Positions 19,813-27,279 of a stretch of 32,000 nt of DNA are shown here, piece by piece. Below the pieces are notes generated by a model. The model saw only the letters and a program-made list of their open reading frames with translations, did not search any database and was not told the origin of the DNA. The translations under genes and the position numbers were made by a program. This DNA comes from Nitrosospira multiformis ATCC 25196 (GTDB taxonomy: Bacteria; Pseudomonadota; Gammaproteobacteria; Burkholderiales; Nitrosomonadaceae). The stretch lies in the NCBI RefSeq assembly GCF_000196355.1, contig NC_007614.1:1230001-1262000 (forward strand), in the 5' to 3' direction. Positions within the stretch are counted from its first letter, which is position 1, and each line of letters starts with the position of its first letter.

Positions 19813-20928
19813 TTGACAGCCTCAACTTCCAGCCGCGCCGCTGCCCCCACCCCGGGGGCGCGGCCTGGCTCTAAACTCCTCCCCTCACTGGGCATTCTCC
19901 TGGTGGCGGGAGGAATTCTTTTGCTCCTGTGGTTTGCCTGGGCATGGTTCAATCCCGGGCCTGCCCCCTACCGCTACCAGCTGGCGGAAGAAGGCAGCGC
20001 AGACAAATTCCCGCAGCTTGGACTGGGCAAGTGGCCGGACCTTTCCATTGCCCGGTATGAAGTCTTTGCCGAAGACATTCCCCAGCCGCTGGCGGTGCTG
20101 CATGCGGCACGTCAGGCCAATGGCCCGCAGGTGAGGCTCGACTGGGAAAACCGCACGAGTGAGCTGCTGCTCACGACCGATCTCAAACTCAACGAACTGG
20201 CCACTCTGGCTGCCGCCATCGACAAGTACGCGGGCAAGGATGCGCTGGTGCTTGGCTGGTGGGACACCTCGCGCCAGCTCAAGCTTCTCTCGAAGCGCGA
20301 CACCCTGTTCAGCGGACAGTTCTCCGATTACCTCGTCATACCGACGCCGTGGCAGAAGCAGGCTGACGCCATCCGCAAATACGAAGACGACTTCTGGGGC
20401 GGCAAGGCAGGACGGGAAGAAGAGCAGAAATTCGAGCGCTTTGCCGATGCCCTGATGGCCGAACCTCAAGCGGGGGCTGCCATCCTGCGCGAACTGGCGG
20501 GCGATCGCGAAGCCTATCTTGCCATTCATGTCACCGACCTGTACAAGCTTGGCGTCATGCGTCCGGGGCGGTTCGACGTTGCCTATCGCAACTTCCCCAT
20601 GGAAGGCAACATGCATGGCATGGTCGACTATCTCAAGCGATGGGTGCTGGACAACAACTACAAGACCTACACCCTGCAATCCCTCTCGGACAGGCTGGTG
20701 CGCGGCTACTTCCTCAAGGATGACAAAAGCGACCAGACCCTGATTGCGCAGATGCTGCCCTTCACCCAGTCGATGCCGCTTGACCTGACCGCGGTGCAGC
20801 TCATCTACCAGACCGGGGGCTACTGGGTGTACAGGATACCGGGCGGCAAGGAACCTGCCTCAGCCGGCGCCACCCCGGAGGATGCCGCCTCCTTTCCGGC
20901 GCCCGTCCTGCCTCCGGCCGCCGAGTAA
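19813..20928 (+). CDS. haoB: HaoB / orf2, conserved hao-associated membrane-anchored protein of unknown function
   Basis: The 371-aa ORF lies 32 nt after the hao stop and has the same G/C-ending codon bias as hao. It has an N-terminal TM helix (LLPSLGILLVAGGILLLLWFAWAWF). It has no haem or metal-binding motif and ends in a Pro/Ala-rich tail. The TTG start is uncertain. Confidence 0.85.
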   Translation: MTASTSSRAAAPTPGARPGSKLLPSLGILLVAGGILLLLWFAWAWFNPGPAPYRYQLAEEGSADKFPQLGLGKWPDLSIARYEVFAEDIPQPLAVLHAARQANGPQVRLDWENRTSELLLTTDLKLNELATLAAAIDKYAGKDALVLGWWDTSRQLKLLSKRDTLFSGQFSDYLVIPTPWQKQADAIRKYEDDFWGGKAGREEEQKFERFADALMAEPQAGAAILRELAGDREAYLAIHVTDLYKLGVMRPGRFDVAYRNFPMEGNMHGMVDYLKRWVLDNNYKTYTLQSLSDRLVRGYFLKDDKSDQTLIAQMLPFTQSMPLDLTAVQLIYQTGGYWVYRIPGGKEPASAGATPEDAASFPAPVLPPAAE

Positions 20929-21025
20929 ATCCGCTATCGCGGTTGACGCAAACGGCACAGGTTAATGACCACCCACTTCTGCCGACAACCGCATCTGTAG
21001 GGCCACCTCATCAAACGTAGCAACA

Positions 21026-21056
21026 CAGCCCGGCTTTGCCCGGGCTGTTTTTATTT
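21026..21056 (+). terminator. Rho-independent terminator after haoB
   Basis: The stem is cagcccgg / ccgggctg (8 bp, all Watson-Crick) with the loop ctttgc. It is followed by tttttattt. The T-run is present only on the + strand. Confidence 0.8.
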
Positions 21057-21405
21057 ACCTGAAGCAGGCCAGGTTCTGCCTGACAGCTTGTTGAGTCCTG
21101 ATTCAGAATGCGGAACAGGTCATGTCTGTTGCCCGCGTTTCTTCCATTCATCTGTAGCCCTTGTCCCCGACCGACGCTGAGCCTGTCGCAGATCCTCTGC
21201 GCATCTGCACCCGGCACGGCCGCGGTACTTCTCAAGGCGATCGAACTGCAAAGCGGCCTGCACGGGAACAAGGATTTTTGCTGTAGCAAGCCGAAACACG
21301 ATACCGGATATAAGCTGCGGGAAGGGATCGCGCGTGGGAAAAAAGAATTCGGCGACGATACAGCCATGCATCCGTACACTTTGTATCAGGCGCGATCCCG
21401 GCGCC

Positions 21406-21503
21406 CCCCCGCTGCCCGATCCCGCTTTGCGGGCCCCTCGCGCCGCGCTCCGGGTCCCCCTGCCCGACCCCGCTTTGCGGGTCCCCCGTGCTGCGCTGGG
21501 GGT
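21406..21503 (+). repeat. GC-rich tandem repeat, two units of about 50 and 48 bp, each with a cccgc-ttt-gcggg hairpin
   Basis: Unit A is 21406-21455 and unit B is 21456-21503. In the aligned 43-nt body I count 36 identities. The core ctgcccgaYcccgctttgcggg recurs at 4892-4914. Confidence 0.85.
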
Positions 21504-21509
21504 GCCACC

Positions 21510-21524
21510 GGTACCAGTGGTACC
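21510..21524. promoter_or_regulatory. Perfect 15-bp dyad GGTACCAgTGGTACC (candidate protein-binding site), with a degenerate direct copy at 21537-21551
   Basis: The sequence equals its own reverse complement except for the central base. The second copy, ggtactggtgctacc, shares 12 of 15 positions and lies 27 bp downstream. The dyad is about 280-295 bp upstream of the cycA ATG. Confidence 0.35.
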
Positions 21525-21654
21525 AGAAAGAGTGATGGTACTGGTGCTACCCGTCTGTATGAACCAGAGATACAGTATGGACACAATAAAAAGTGTGTCC
21601 TGACATTGCGATCATTGCAAGCGCATTACAATAACAGGGAAATACAGTAAAAAA

Positions 21655-21672
21655 GAACAAGAACAAGAACAA
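21655..21672 (+). repeat. Hexanucleotide repeat (GAACAA)x3 in an A-rich tract upstream of cycA
   Basis: This is a direct reading of gaacaagaacaagaacaa followed by gcagcagg. Confidence 0.9.
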
Positions 21673-21804
21673 GCAGCAGGAAGCAATGAAAAACAGGATG
21701 CGGATCAGGTTGCAGTCGCATGGAGCTGGAAGAAATACAAGAATCGAATCCAGGGATATAACGGAAACAACGGATATATTTGCCGAAAGAAAAAAGGAGG
21801 AAGG

Positions 21805-22512
21805 ATGAACCATCGCATGACACTCGCCCTGGCCGCAGCAGCCCTGTTTGCGGTCATGGCCGGCAGCGCCTCTGCCGAATCGTTTGAAGGCCGCAAGAAA
21901 TGCAGTTCCTGTCACAAGAGCCAGGCCGAATCCTGGGGCAGCACGGCGCACGCCAAGGCCATGGACTCGCTGAAGCCCAACAACAAGGCCGAAGCCAAGA
22001 AGAAGGCCAAGCTCGATCCTGCCAAGGACTACACCAAGGACAAGGACTGCGTCGGCTGTCATGTGGATGGCTGGGGCAAGGAAGGCGGCTACACGATTGA
22101 CGACCCGAGCAAGTTCCTGACCGGGGTAGGCTGCGAATCCTGCCATGGACCCGGCTCCAAGTACCGCGGCATCCACCGCAAATCCGGCGCCGCTTTCGAG
22201 AAATCGAAGAAGACCACCTCCCGCCAGGTGCTGGCCGATGCCGGGCAGGACTTCAGCTTCGAGGAAAGCTGCAATGCCTGCCACATGAACTACAAGGGCA
22301 GCCCGTGGAAAGGTGCCAAGGAACCCTACACCCCCTTCACCCCGGACGTGGACAAGAAATACACCTTCGACTTTGACAAGTACGTCAAGGACACCAAGGC
22401 CATGCACGAGCACTACAAGCTCGATGGGGTCTTCACGGGGGATCCGAAGTTCAAGTACCACGATGAATTCCAGTCCAGCGCCAAGGTAGGCGAGAAAGGT
22501 TCGGACGACTGA
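21805..22512 (+). CDS. cycA: Tetrahaem cytochrome c554
   Basis: The 235-aa ORF has an AGGAGG RBS and a signal peptide (MTLALAAAALFAVMAGSASA). It has four CxxCH motifs: CSSCH, CVGCH, CESCH and CNACH. It sits in the canonical position after hao-haoB. Confidence 0.96.
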   Translation: MNHRMTLALAAAALFAVMAGSASAESFEGRKKCSSCHKSQAESWGSTAHAKAMDSLKPNNKAEAKKKAKLDPAKDYTKDKDCVGCHVDGWGKEGGYTIDDPSKFLTGVGCESCHGPGSKYRGIHRKSGAAFEKSKKTTSRQVLADAGQDFSFEESCNACHMNYKGSPWKGAKEPYTPFTPDVDKKYTFDFDKYVKDTKAMHEHYKLDGVFTGDPKFKYHDEFQSSAKVGEKGSDD

Positions 22513-22513
22513 C

Positions 22514-23116
22514 ATGGCGATGAAGACAGGTAGTGCCCTCCTGGTGGGCACACTCTTGGGCGTGGTGATGGTGGCGGTGGTATTGGGCGGCGAAGCGGCC
22601 GTCTCCACCACCGAATTCTGCACCAGTTGCCACTCCATGACTTATCCGGCCGAGGAGTTGAAGGAATCCTCGCACTATGGCGCCCTGGGCGCCAACCCCG
22701 GTTGCAAGGACTGCCACATCCCGCAGGGATTGCAGAACTTCCACCTGGCGGTGGCGACCCATGTGGTGGACGGAGCGCGCGAGCTTTATCTGGAGATGGT
22801 CAATGACTACTCCACGCTGGAGAAATTCAACGAGCGCCGCCTGATCATGGCGCACGATGCGCGCATGAATCTCAAGAAGTGGGACAGCCGCACCTGCCGC
22901 GCCTGCCACAAGAATCCGCAGCCTCCCGGAGCCGATGCCAAGGCCGCGCACAAGAAGATGGAGACGGAAGGCGCCACCTGCATCGACTGCCACCAGAACC
23001 TGGTGCACAAGGAAGTTGCAGAAACCGACCTGAACGAGAGCATCAAGCAGGGCAAGATGGTGCTCAAGCCCGAAAAAAAGGATGACGACGACGAGGATGA
23101 GGAAGACGAGGAGTAA
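22514..23116 (+). CDS. cycB: Membrane-anchored tetrahaem cytochrome cM552 (NapC/NirT/NrfH family quinone reductase)
   Basis: The 200-aa ORF starts 1 nt after the cycA stop. It has an N-terminal TM helix and four CxxCH motifs (CTSCH, CKDCH, CRACH, CIDCH). The C-terminal tail DDDDEDEEDEE is unusual. Confidence 0.95.
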   Translation: MAMKTGSALLVGTLLGVVMVAVVLGGEAAVSTTEFCTSCHSMTYPAEELKESSHYGALGANPGCKDCHIPQGLQNFHLAVATHVVDGARELYLEMVNDYSTLEKFNERRLIMAHDARMNLKKWDSRTCRACHKNPQPPGADAKAAHKKMETEGATCIDCHQNLVHKEVAETDLNESIKQGKMVLKPEKKDDDDEDEEDEE

Positions 23117-23201
23117 GCCGGATCTCGGCAGAGAGCAGGGTGTTCCCTTGCTGCTGCTGTAATTACCGATCCAGTTTATACTTTCTCGTTGCCTCCGGTG
23201 T

Positions 23202-23233
23202 TTTCACTGGATTCGAAGCCGAATCCAGTGAAA
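23202..23233. other. Perfect 14-bp inverted repeat / stem-loop (tttcactggattcg-aagc-cgaatccagtgaaa)
   Basis: This is a direct reading and there are no mismatches. No U-tract follows on either strand. It lies 86 nt after the cycB stop. Confidence 0.8.
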
Positions 23234-23420
23234 CATTCTGCGATCTGCTATGCTTCCCGCTTAACCGGTTCAGCCTGAATTTCCTGATCGAGAATCCGAT
23301 TCCTGTCGTTATGGGTTATTCTCAGGACGCTGCGTTTATATAACAGCGTTCGGGATTAACCCCCGATGGCATAATCACCGAATGATTTTCTGGCTCCCCC
23401 ATAGCGAGAGTGGATTTCTT

Positions 23421-23466
23421 TTGTGTGAATGGTTGTCACGAAACTGTAACATTCCCATCATACTAT
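23421..23466 (+). promoter_or_regulatory. Pho-box-like PhoB site plus a -10 element for pstCAB
   Basis: TTGTCACGAAACTGTAAC (23433-23450) matches 14 of 18 positions of the E. coli consensus CTGTCATAWAWCTGTCAY. A third 7-mer, TTGTGTG, sits at 23421-23427, roughly one helical turn upstream. TACTAT (23461-23466) lies 10 nt downstream, which is the classic Pho promoter geometry with no -35. Confidence 0.5.
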
Positions 23467-23508
23467 TTAGGCCCCTCCCAATGGTCTCACTTCAAGGTGC
23501 AGTTCCCT

Positions 23509-24441
23509 GTGACAGCGCGCCGTTCCGATAATAATTCCGACTCCAGTGCACTCGGATATAACTATCGACGTCATCTGAGTGAGCGTTTTATTGAAGCCGT
23601 GCTTTTTTTGACGGCATTCGTTTCTGTCGCCATTACTCTTGCGATTGTCGTGATGCTGGTCACGGAATCCCTTTCATTTTTCAAGCATGTCTCTCTTTGG
23701 GAATTTCTTACTGACACGCAGTGGACGCCTCTTTTCGATAATGCGCATTACGGTATACTTCCACTCGTTTCCGGCACCGTAGTAAGCTCTGCTGTGGCCC
23801 TGCTCGTTGCCATCCCGATGGGCACCATCACCGCAATCTATCTATCCGAGTTCGCGCCTTTCACCGTTCGTGAGATGGCCAAGCCCTTTCTTGAACTGCT
23901 TGGGGGCGTTCCAACAGTTGTATACGGTTACTTTGCATTGCTGTTTGTTACGCCTCTATTGCAGAAAATTTTTCCGGAATTGCCCGGTTTCAGTCTTCTT
24001 TCGGCAGGACTGGTGATGGGTATCATGATCATTCCCTATGTAAGTTCCATGGCGGAAGATGCGATGCGCGCAGTACCCATGCATCTGCGGGAAGGCTCTT
24101 ATGCAATGGGGGCGACCCGGTTTCAGACGGCTGTTCGCGTGGTGATGCCGGGGGCATTCTCCGGCATTGCCGCGGCTTATATTCTGGGTATTTCCCGGGC
24201 GGTGGGGGAAACGATGGTGGTTGCGATAGCAGCGGGAATGCAGCCAAATCTTACTTGGAATCCGATGGAGCCTGCAGCTACCATCACCGCTTATATCGTT
24301 CAGGTAAGTCTGGGCGATCTGCCGCACGGCAGTATCGGATACCAGACTATCTTTGCAGCGGGATTGACCCTGCTGCTTATAACTTTGGTATTCAACATTA
24401 TCGGACATCTTCTGCGCAAGCGTTTCCGCGAGGTATATTGA
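23509..24441 (+). CDS. pstC: Phosphate ABC transporter permease PstC
   Basis: It is a multi-TM permease with the EAA-like loop (MAEDAMRAVPMHLREGSYAMGATRFQT). The track start at 23410 would place the Pho-box promoter inside the gene. I therefore use the in-frame GTG at 23509, which has AAGG about 11 nt upstream, giving 310 aa. A GTG at 23497 is an alternative. Confidence 0.88.
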   Translation: MTARRSDNNSDSSALGYNYRRHLSERFIEAVLFLTAFVSVAITLAIVVMLVTESLSFFKHVSLWEFLTDTQWTPLFDNAHYGILPLVSGTVVSSAVALLVAIPMGTITAIYLSEFAPFTVREMAKPFLELLGGVPTVVYGYFALLFVTPLLQKIFPELPGFSLLSAGLVMGIMIIPYVSSMAEDAMRAVPMHLREGSYAMGATRFQTAVRVVMPGAFSGIAAAYILGISRAVGETMVVAIAAGMQPNLTWNPMEPAATITAYIVQVSLGDLPHGSIGYQTIFAAGLTLLLITLVFNIIGHLLRKRFREVY

Positions 24442-24555
24442 AGCATGGTTCGATACCTGTGTTCATGACCAATTCATTTCATCTCGAAAATTCCGGGGGC
24501 GGTTCCTGTTGAATTCAACCCCCACGGTTTTCATTTCCTTTGCAAGAATGCGCCC

Positions 24556-25488
24556 ATGAGTGACAGTGATGCTCAAAATCTGAGGGAGATTCGCGCTATC
24601 ATCGCCCGGCACAAGCTGGGGGATCTGATTTTCCTTGTTACCGGCTTGCTTGTGCTGATGATTGCCGTACTTACGTTCATCGCCTTGTTTTCGCACATGC
24701 TTATTGATGGTCTTCCTCGCTTGTCCTGGGATTTCTTCACGTCTTTCCCCTCGCGGCGTCCAGAATCGGCGGGCATACTCTCCGCCTGGGTGGGAACCAC
24801 CCTCGTAATGATAGTGACAGCCGCGGCAGCGGTGCCTCTGGGAGTTGGAGCAGGCATCTATCTGGAAGAATATGCCCCTAAAAATATTCTTACCGAGATC
24901 ATCGAGATCAATGTGACCAACCTTGCCGGCGTGCCATCGATTATCTACGGGCTTCTGGCACTGAGCCTGTTTGTTCATCAACTTGGATTCGGGCAAAGCA
25001 TTCTCTCCGCAGGACTTGCGCTGGCCCTGCTCATTCTTCCGATCGTTATCGTTGCGACCCGGGAGGCAATACGCGCGATTCCGGTCACCATACGTGAAGG
25101 CGCCTATGCGCTGGGGGCAACCAAATGGCAGACTGTTTCTGACCATCTTCTGCCTTATTCCGCAGCCGGCATTCTTACCGGCATCATAATCGGCCTTGCG
25201 CGTGCAATTGGAGAGACGGCTCCCATTATCACCATCGGTGCCTTGACCTTTATTGCTTTTCTACCGCCATCTCCTTTCAAGGAAGAGTTTCCTTATATTT
25301 CCTTCGAATGGCTGATGGCGCCATTTACCGTCATGCCTATCCAGATGTTCAACTGGGTATCACGGCCGGAAGAAGCGTTTCAGATGAACGCCGCCGCGGC
25401 TGGCTTGGTACTGGTGATAATGACTCTCACCATGAATGCGCTCGCGATCTATCTGCGCTACCGGATGCGCAAGAATCTCAAATGGTAA
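24556..25488 (+). CDS. pstA: Phosphate ABC transporter permease PstA
   Basis: The 310-aa ORF has 6 TM segments. It contains the loop [27 protein letters not shown]. Confidence 0.93.
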   Translation: MSDSDAQNLREIRAIIARHKLGDLIFLVTGLLVLMIAVLTFIALFSHMLIDGLPRLSWDFFTSFPSRRPESAGILSAWVGTTLVMIVTAAAAVPLGVGAGIYLEEYAPKNILTEIIEINVTNLAGVPSIIYGLLALSLFVHQLGFGQSILSAGLALALLILPIVIVATREAIRAIPVTIREGAYALGATKWQTVSDHLLPYSAAGILTGIIIGLARAIGETAPIITIGALTFIAFLPPSPFKEEFPYISFEWLMAPFTVMPIQMFNWVSRPEEAFQMNAAAAGLVLVIMTLTMNALAIYLRYRMRKNLKW

Positions 25489-26291
25489 AAGATTTTTCGT
25501 CCCAGCATCCGCTGGGAGATGTTTCGCCCTCCCAATACAAGTCCGAAGTCAGGAATCTGAGTTTCTACTACGGTTCATTTTTGGCACTCAAGAATATCAA
25601 CATGATGCTGCATGAAAAAAAGGTGACCGCCTTGATCGGTCCCTCGGGGTGCGGCAAATCGACGTTCTTGCGCTGCTTCAACCGCATGCATGATCTCTAT
25701 CCAGGGAATCGCTACATGGGAGACATTATTCTTCACCCGGATAATGTCAATATTCTTTCCCGGAGCGTGGACCCTATTGAAGTACGCATGCGCATCAGCA
25801 TGGTATTTCAGAAACCCAATCCTTTTCCGAAATCCATTTATGAGAACGTTGCCTATGGTTTACGGGTCCGGGGTGTCAGACGCCGCGCGATACTGGATGA
25901 AAAAGTGGAAGACGCACTCAGGGGTGCCGCTCTGTGGGATGAAGTGAAGGATCGCCTGCATCAGCTTGCCTACAATCTTTCGGGCGGACAGCAGCAGCGG
26001 TTGTGCATCGCGCGCGCACTTGCAACCGACCCTGAAATTCTCCTGTTCGATGAACCCACTTCTGCACTTGACCCCATTGCCACGGCGAGTATAGAGGAAC
26101 TTATAGCTGATCTGAAAGATAAGGTAACGATCCTGATCGTTACACATAACATGCAGCAAGCTGCCCGTGTGTCGGATTACACCGCCTACATGTACCTGGG
26201 CGAAGTGATCGAGTTTGGTGTGACGGATACGATTTTCATCAAACCTAAAAACAAGCAGACGGAAGATTACATTACCGGGCGCTTTGGATAA
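25482..26291 (+). CDS. pstB: Phosphate ABC transporter ATP-binding protein PstB
   Basis: Walker A (GPSGCGKST), the signature LSGGQQQR and Walker B ([11 protein letters not shown]) are all present. The true start is the ATG at 25482, which overlaps the pstA stop (ATGGTAA). The track start at 25308 lies in the pstA coding region in another frame. Confidence 0.95.
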   Translation: MVKDFSSQHPLGDVSPSQYKSEVRNLSFYYGSFLALKNINMMLHEKKVTALIGPSGCGKSTFLRCFNRMHDLYPGNRYMGDIILHPDNVNILSRSVDPIEVRMRISMVFQKPNPFPKSIYENVAYGLRVRGVRRRAILDEKVEDALRGAALWDEVKDRLHQLAYNLSGGQQQRLCIARALATDPEILLFDEPTSALDPIATASIEELIADLKDKVTILIVTHNMQQAARVSDYTAYMYLGEVIEFGVTDTIFIKPKNKQTEDYITGRFG

Positions 26292-26313
26292 GGAGTGCTT
26301 CGCTCCGATTTTT
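26292..26313 (+). terminator. Weak candidate intrinsic terminator after pstB
   Basis: The hairpin ggagtg-ctt-cgctcc has a 6-bp stem including one G-U pair. It is followed by gattttt and then a pyrimidine-rich tract. Confidence 0.4.
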
Positions 26314-26500
26314 CCCTCTTTTCCCTTTTCGGTTGCCGGGAAATTGTTATTCATTCAGTCGTAAGGCTTTCTGTCTGAAAAATACGGGCTTGCAGGAATA
26401 CTTGTCTGCCGAGCGGTTCAAGGCTTGACGCAGACCCCGATTGACCCCGTATCCATTCACGGGTAACATTCGCAGCTTTCAAGTTAAAGGCGAATCCTTC

Positions 26501-27262
26501 ATGGCTATACGTTCCAAGCTGGTTGCGGGTAATTGGAAAATGCACGGCGGAACGCTGCAGAACCGGGATTTGCTGAATGCGGTTCTTTCTGCGACGGCAG
26601 ACCTGAGCGGAGTCGAGTTGGCGGTATGCGTACCTTATCCTTACTTACCCCAAGTGCAATCGATTCTGCAAGGTACGAACGTTTCCTGGGGCGCCCAGAA
26701 CGTGAGTCAGCACGAAAAAGGCGCCTATACCGGTGAAGTTTCAGCGTCCATGCTGCTGGATTTTGGCTGTCGCTACGTGATTGTCGGTCACTCCGAGCGG
26801 CGGGCGCTGTATGGTGAGGATAGCCACACTGTAGCGCTCAAATTCAGGGCGGCACAAAGCGTCGGCGTGATACCTATTTTATGTGTGGGTGAAACGCTCG
26901 AGCAGCGGGAGGCCGGGATTACGGAGCAGGTTGTGGCAAAGCAGTTGGAGGCGGTGGTGAAGTCGGCGGGAATAAATGCCTTGGGTACGGCGGTGCTGGC
27001 TTATGAACCGGTATGGGCCATCGGCACCGGCAAGACCGCGAGCCCTGCTCAGGCTCAGGAGGTACATTCGTTTATTCGCGGCAGAATTGCTGCCGACGCA
27101 GCGGAAGTAGCCGAGGGATTGAAGATTCTTTATGGCGGCAGTGTCAAGGCGGCCAACGCCGCTGAGCTCTTCGCCATGCCCGACATTGACGGTGGATTGA
27201 TTGGCGGCGCTTCGCTCGTTGCCGAAGAATTTATCGCGATTGCCCGGGCCGCGAAAGACTAA
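26501..27262 (+). CDS. tpiA: Triosephosphate isomerase
   Basis: It contains MAIRSKLVAGNWKMHG, VGHSERR, AYEPVWAIGTG and YGGSV motifs. The ATG at 26501 has an AAAGG RBS. The track start at 26441 is an over-extension. Confidence 0.96.
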   Translation: MAIRSKLVAGNWKMHGGTLQNRDLLNAVLSATADLSGVELAVCVPYPYLPQVQSILQGTNVSWGAQNVSQHEKGAYTGEVSASMLLDFGCRYVIVGHSERRALYGEDSHTVALKFRAAQSVGVIPILCVGETLEQREAGITEQVVAKQLEAVVKSAGINALGTAVLAYEPVWAIGTGKTASPAQAQEVHSFIRGRIAADAAEVAEGLKILYGGSVKAANAAELFAMPDIDGGLIGGASLVAEEFIAIARAAKD

Positions 27263-27279
27263 TTCTTATTGGAGCAACT

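Noticed and set aside
19885-20679. 264-aa ORF on the - strand, antisense to haoB
   Set aside because: This is the same codon-bias shadow effect. It has no RBS or recognisable domain, and the sense-strand gene fits the conserved cluster order.
21406-21503. Possible CRISPR array or coding tandem repeat
   Set aside because: There are only two directly abutting units and no unique spacers. No cas genes are in the window. The units are not a multiple of 3 nt in equal length (about 50 versus 48), which argues against a conserved coding repeat.
21108-21650. ORFs inside the haoB-cycA spacer (180 aa +, 154 aa -, 122 aa -, 89 aa +)
   Set aside because: They are kept open largely by the GC-rich tandem repeat, which gives repeated PDPALR.PRAAL or GTRKAGSG peptides. 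They have no RBS, mutually overlap on both strands, and have poor codon usage relative to neighbours. A decayed gene relic in 21060-21390 cannot be excluded without BLASTX.
21686-21808. 40-codon upstream ORF ending in an ATGA overlap with the cycA start codon (possible leader peptide)
   Set aside because: The only SD-like element (AGGAAG) is too close to its ATG. It is full of rare AGA, AGG and ATA codons, unlike the adjacent highly biased genes. It is most likely a chance ORF in an A-rich promoter region, although ribosome profiling would settle the question.
21547-22638. 363-aa ORF on the - strand, spanning cycA and the start of cycB
   Set aside because: It is antisense to two haem-motif-bearing cytochrome genes. 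The product is Gly/Ala/Val/Leu-rich with no features, so it is a shadow ORF.
25308-25481. ORF-track 5' extensions of pstB (25308), tpiA (26441), nuoB (28226), nuoC (28675), yceD (6357) and fabD (9396)
   Set aside because: The extensions overlap the preceding gene or the promoter. They encode non-conserved residues. Each is followed by an internal ATG with an RBS that reproduces the canonical family N-terminus.
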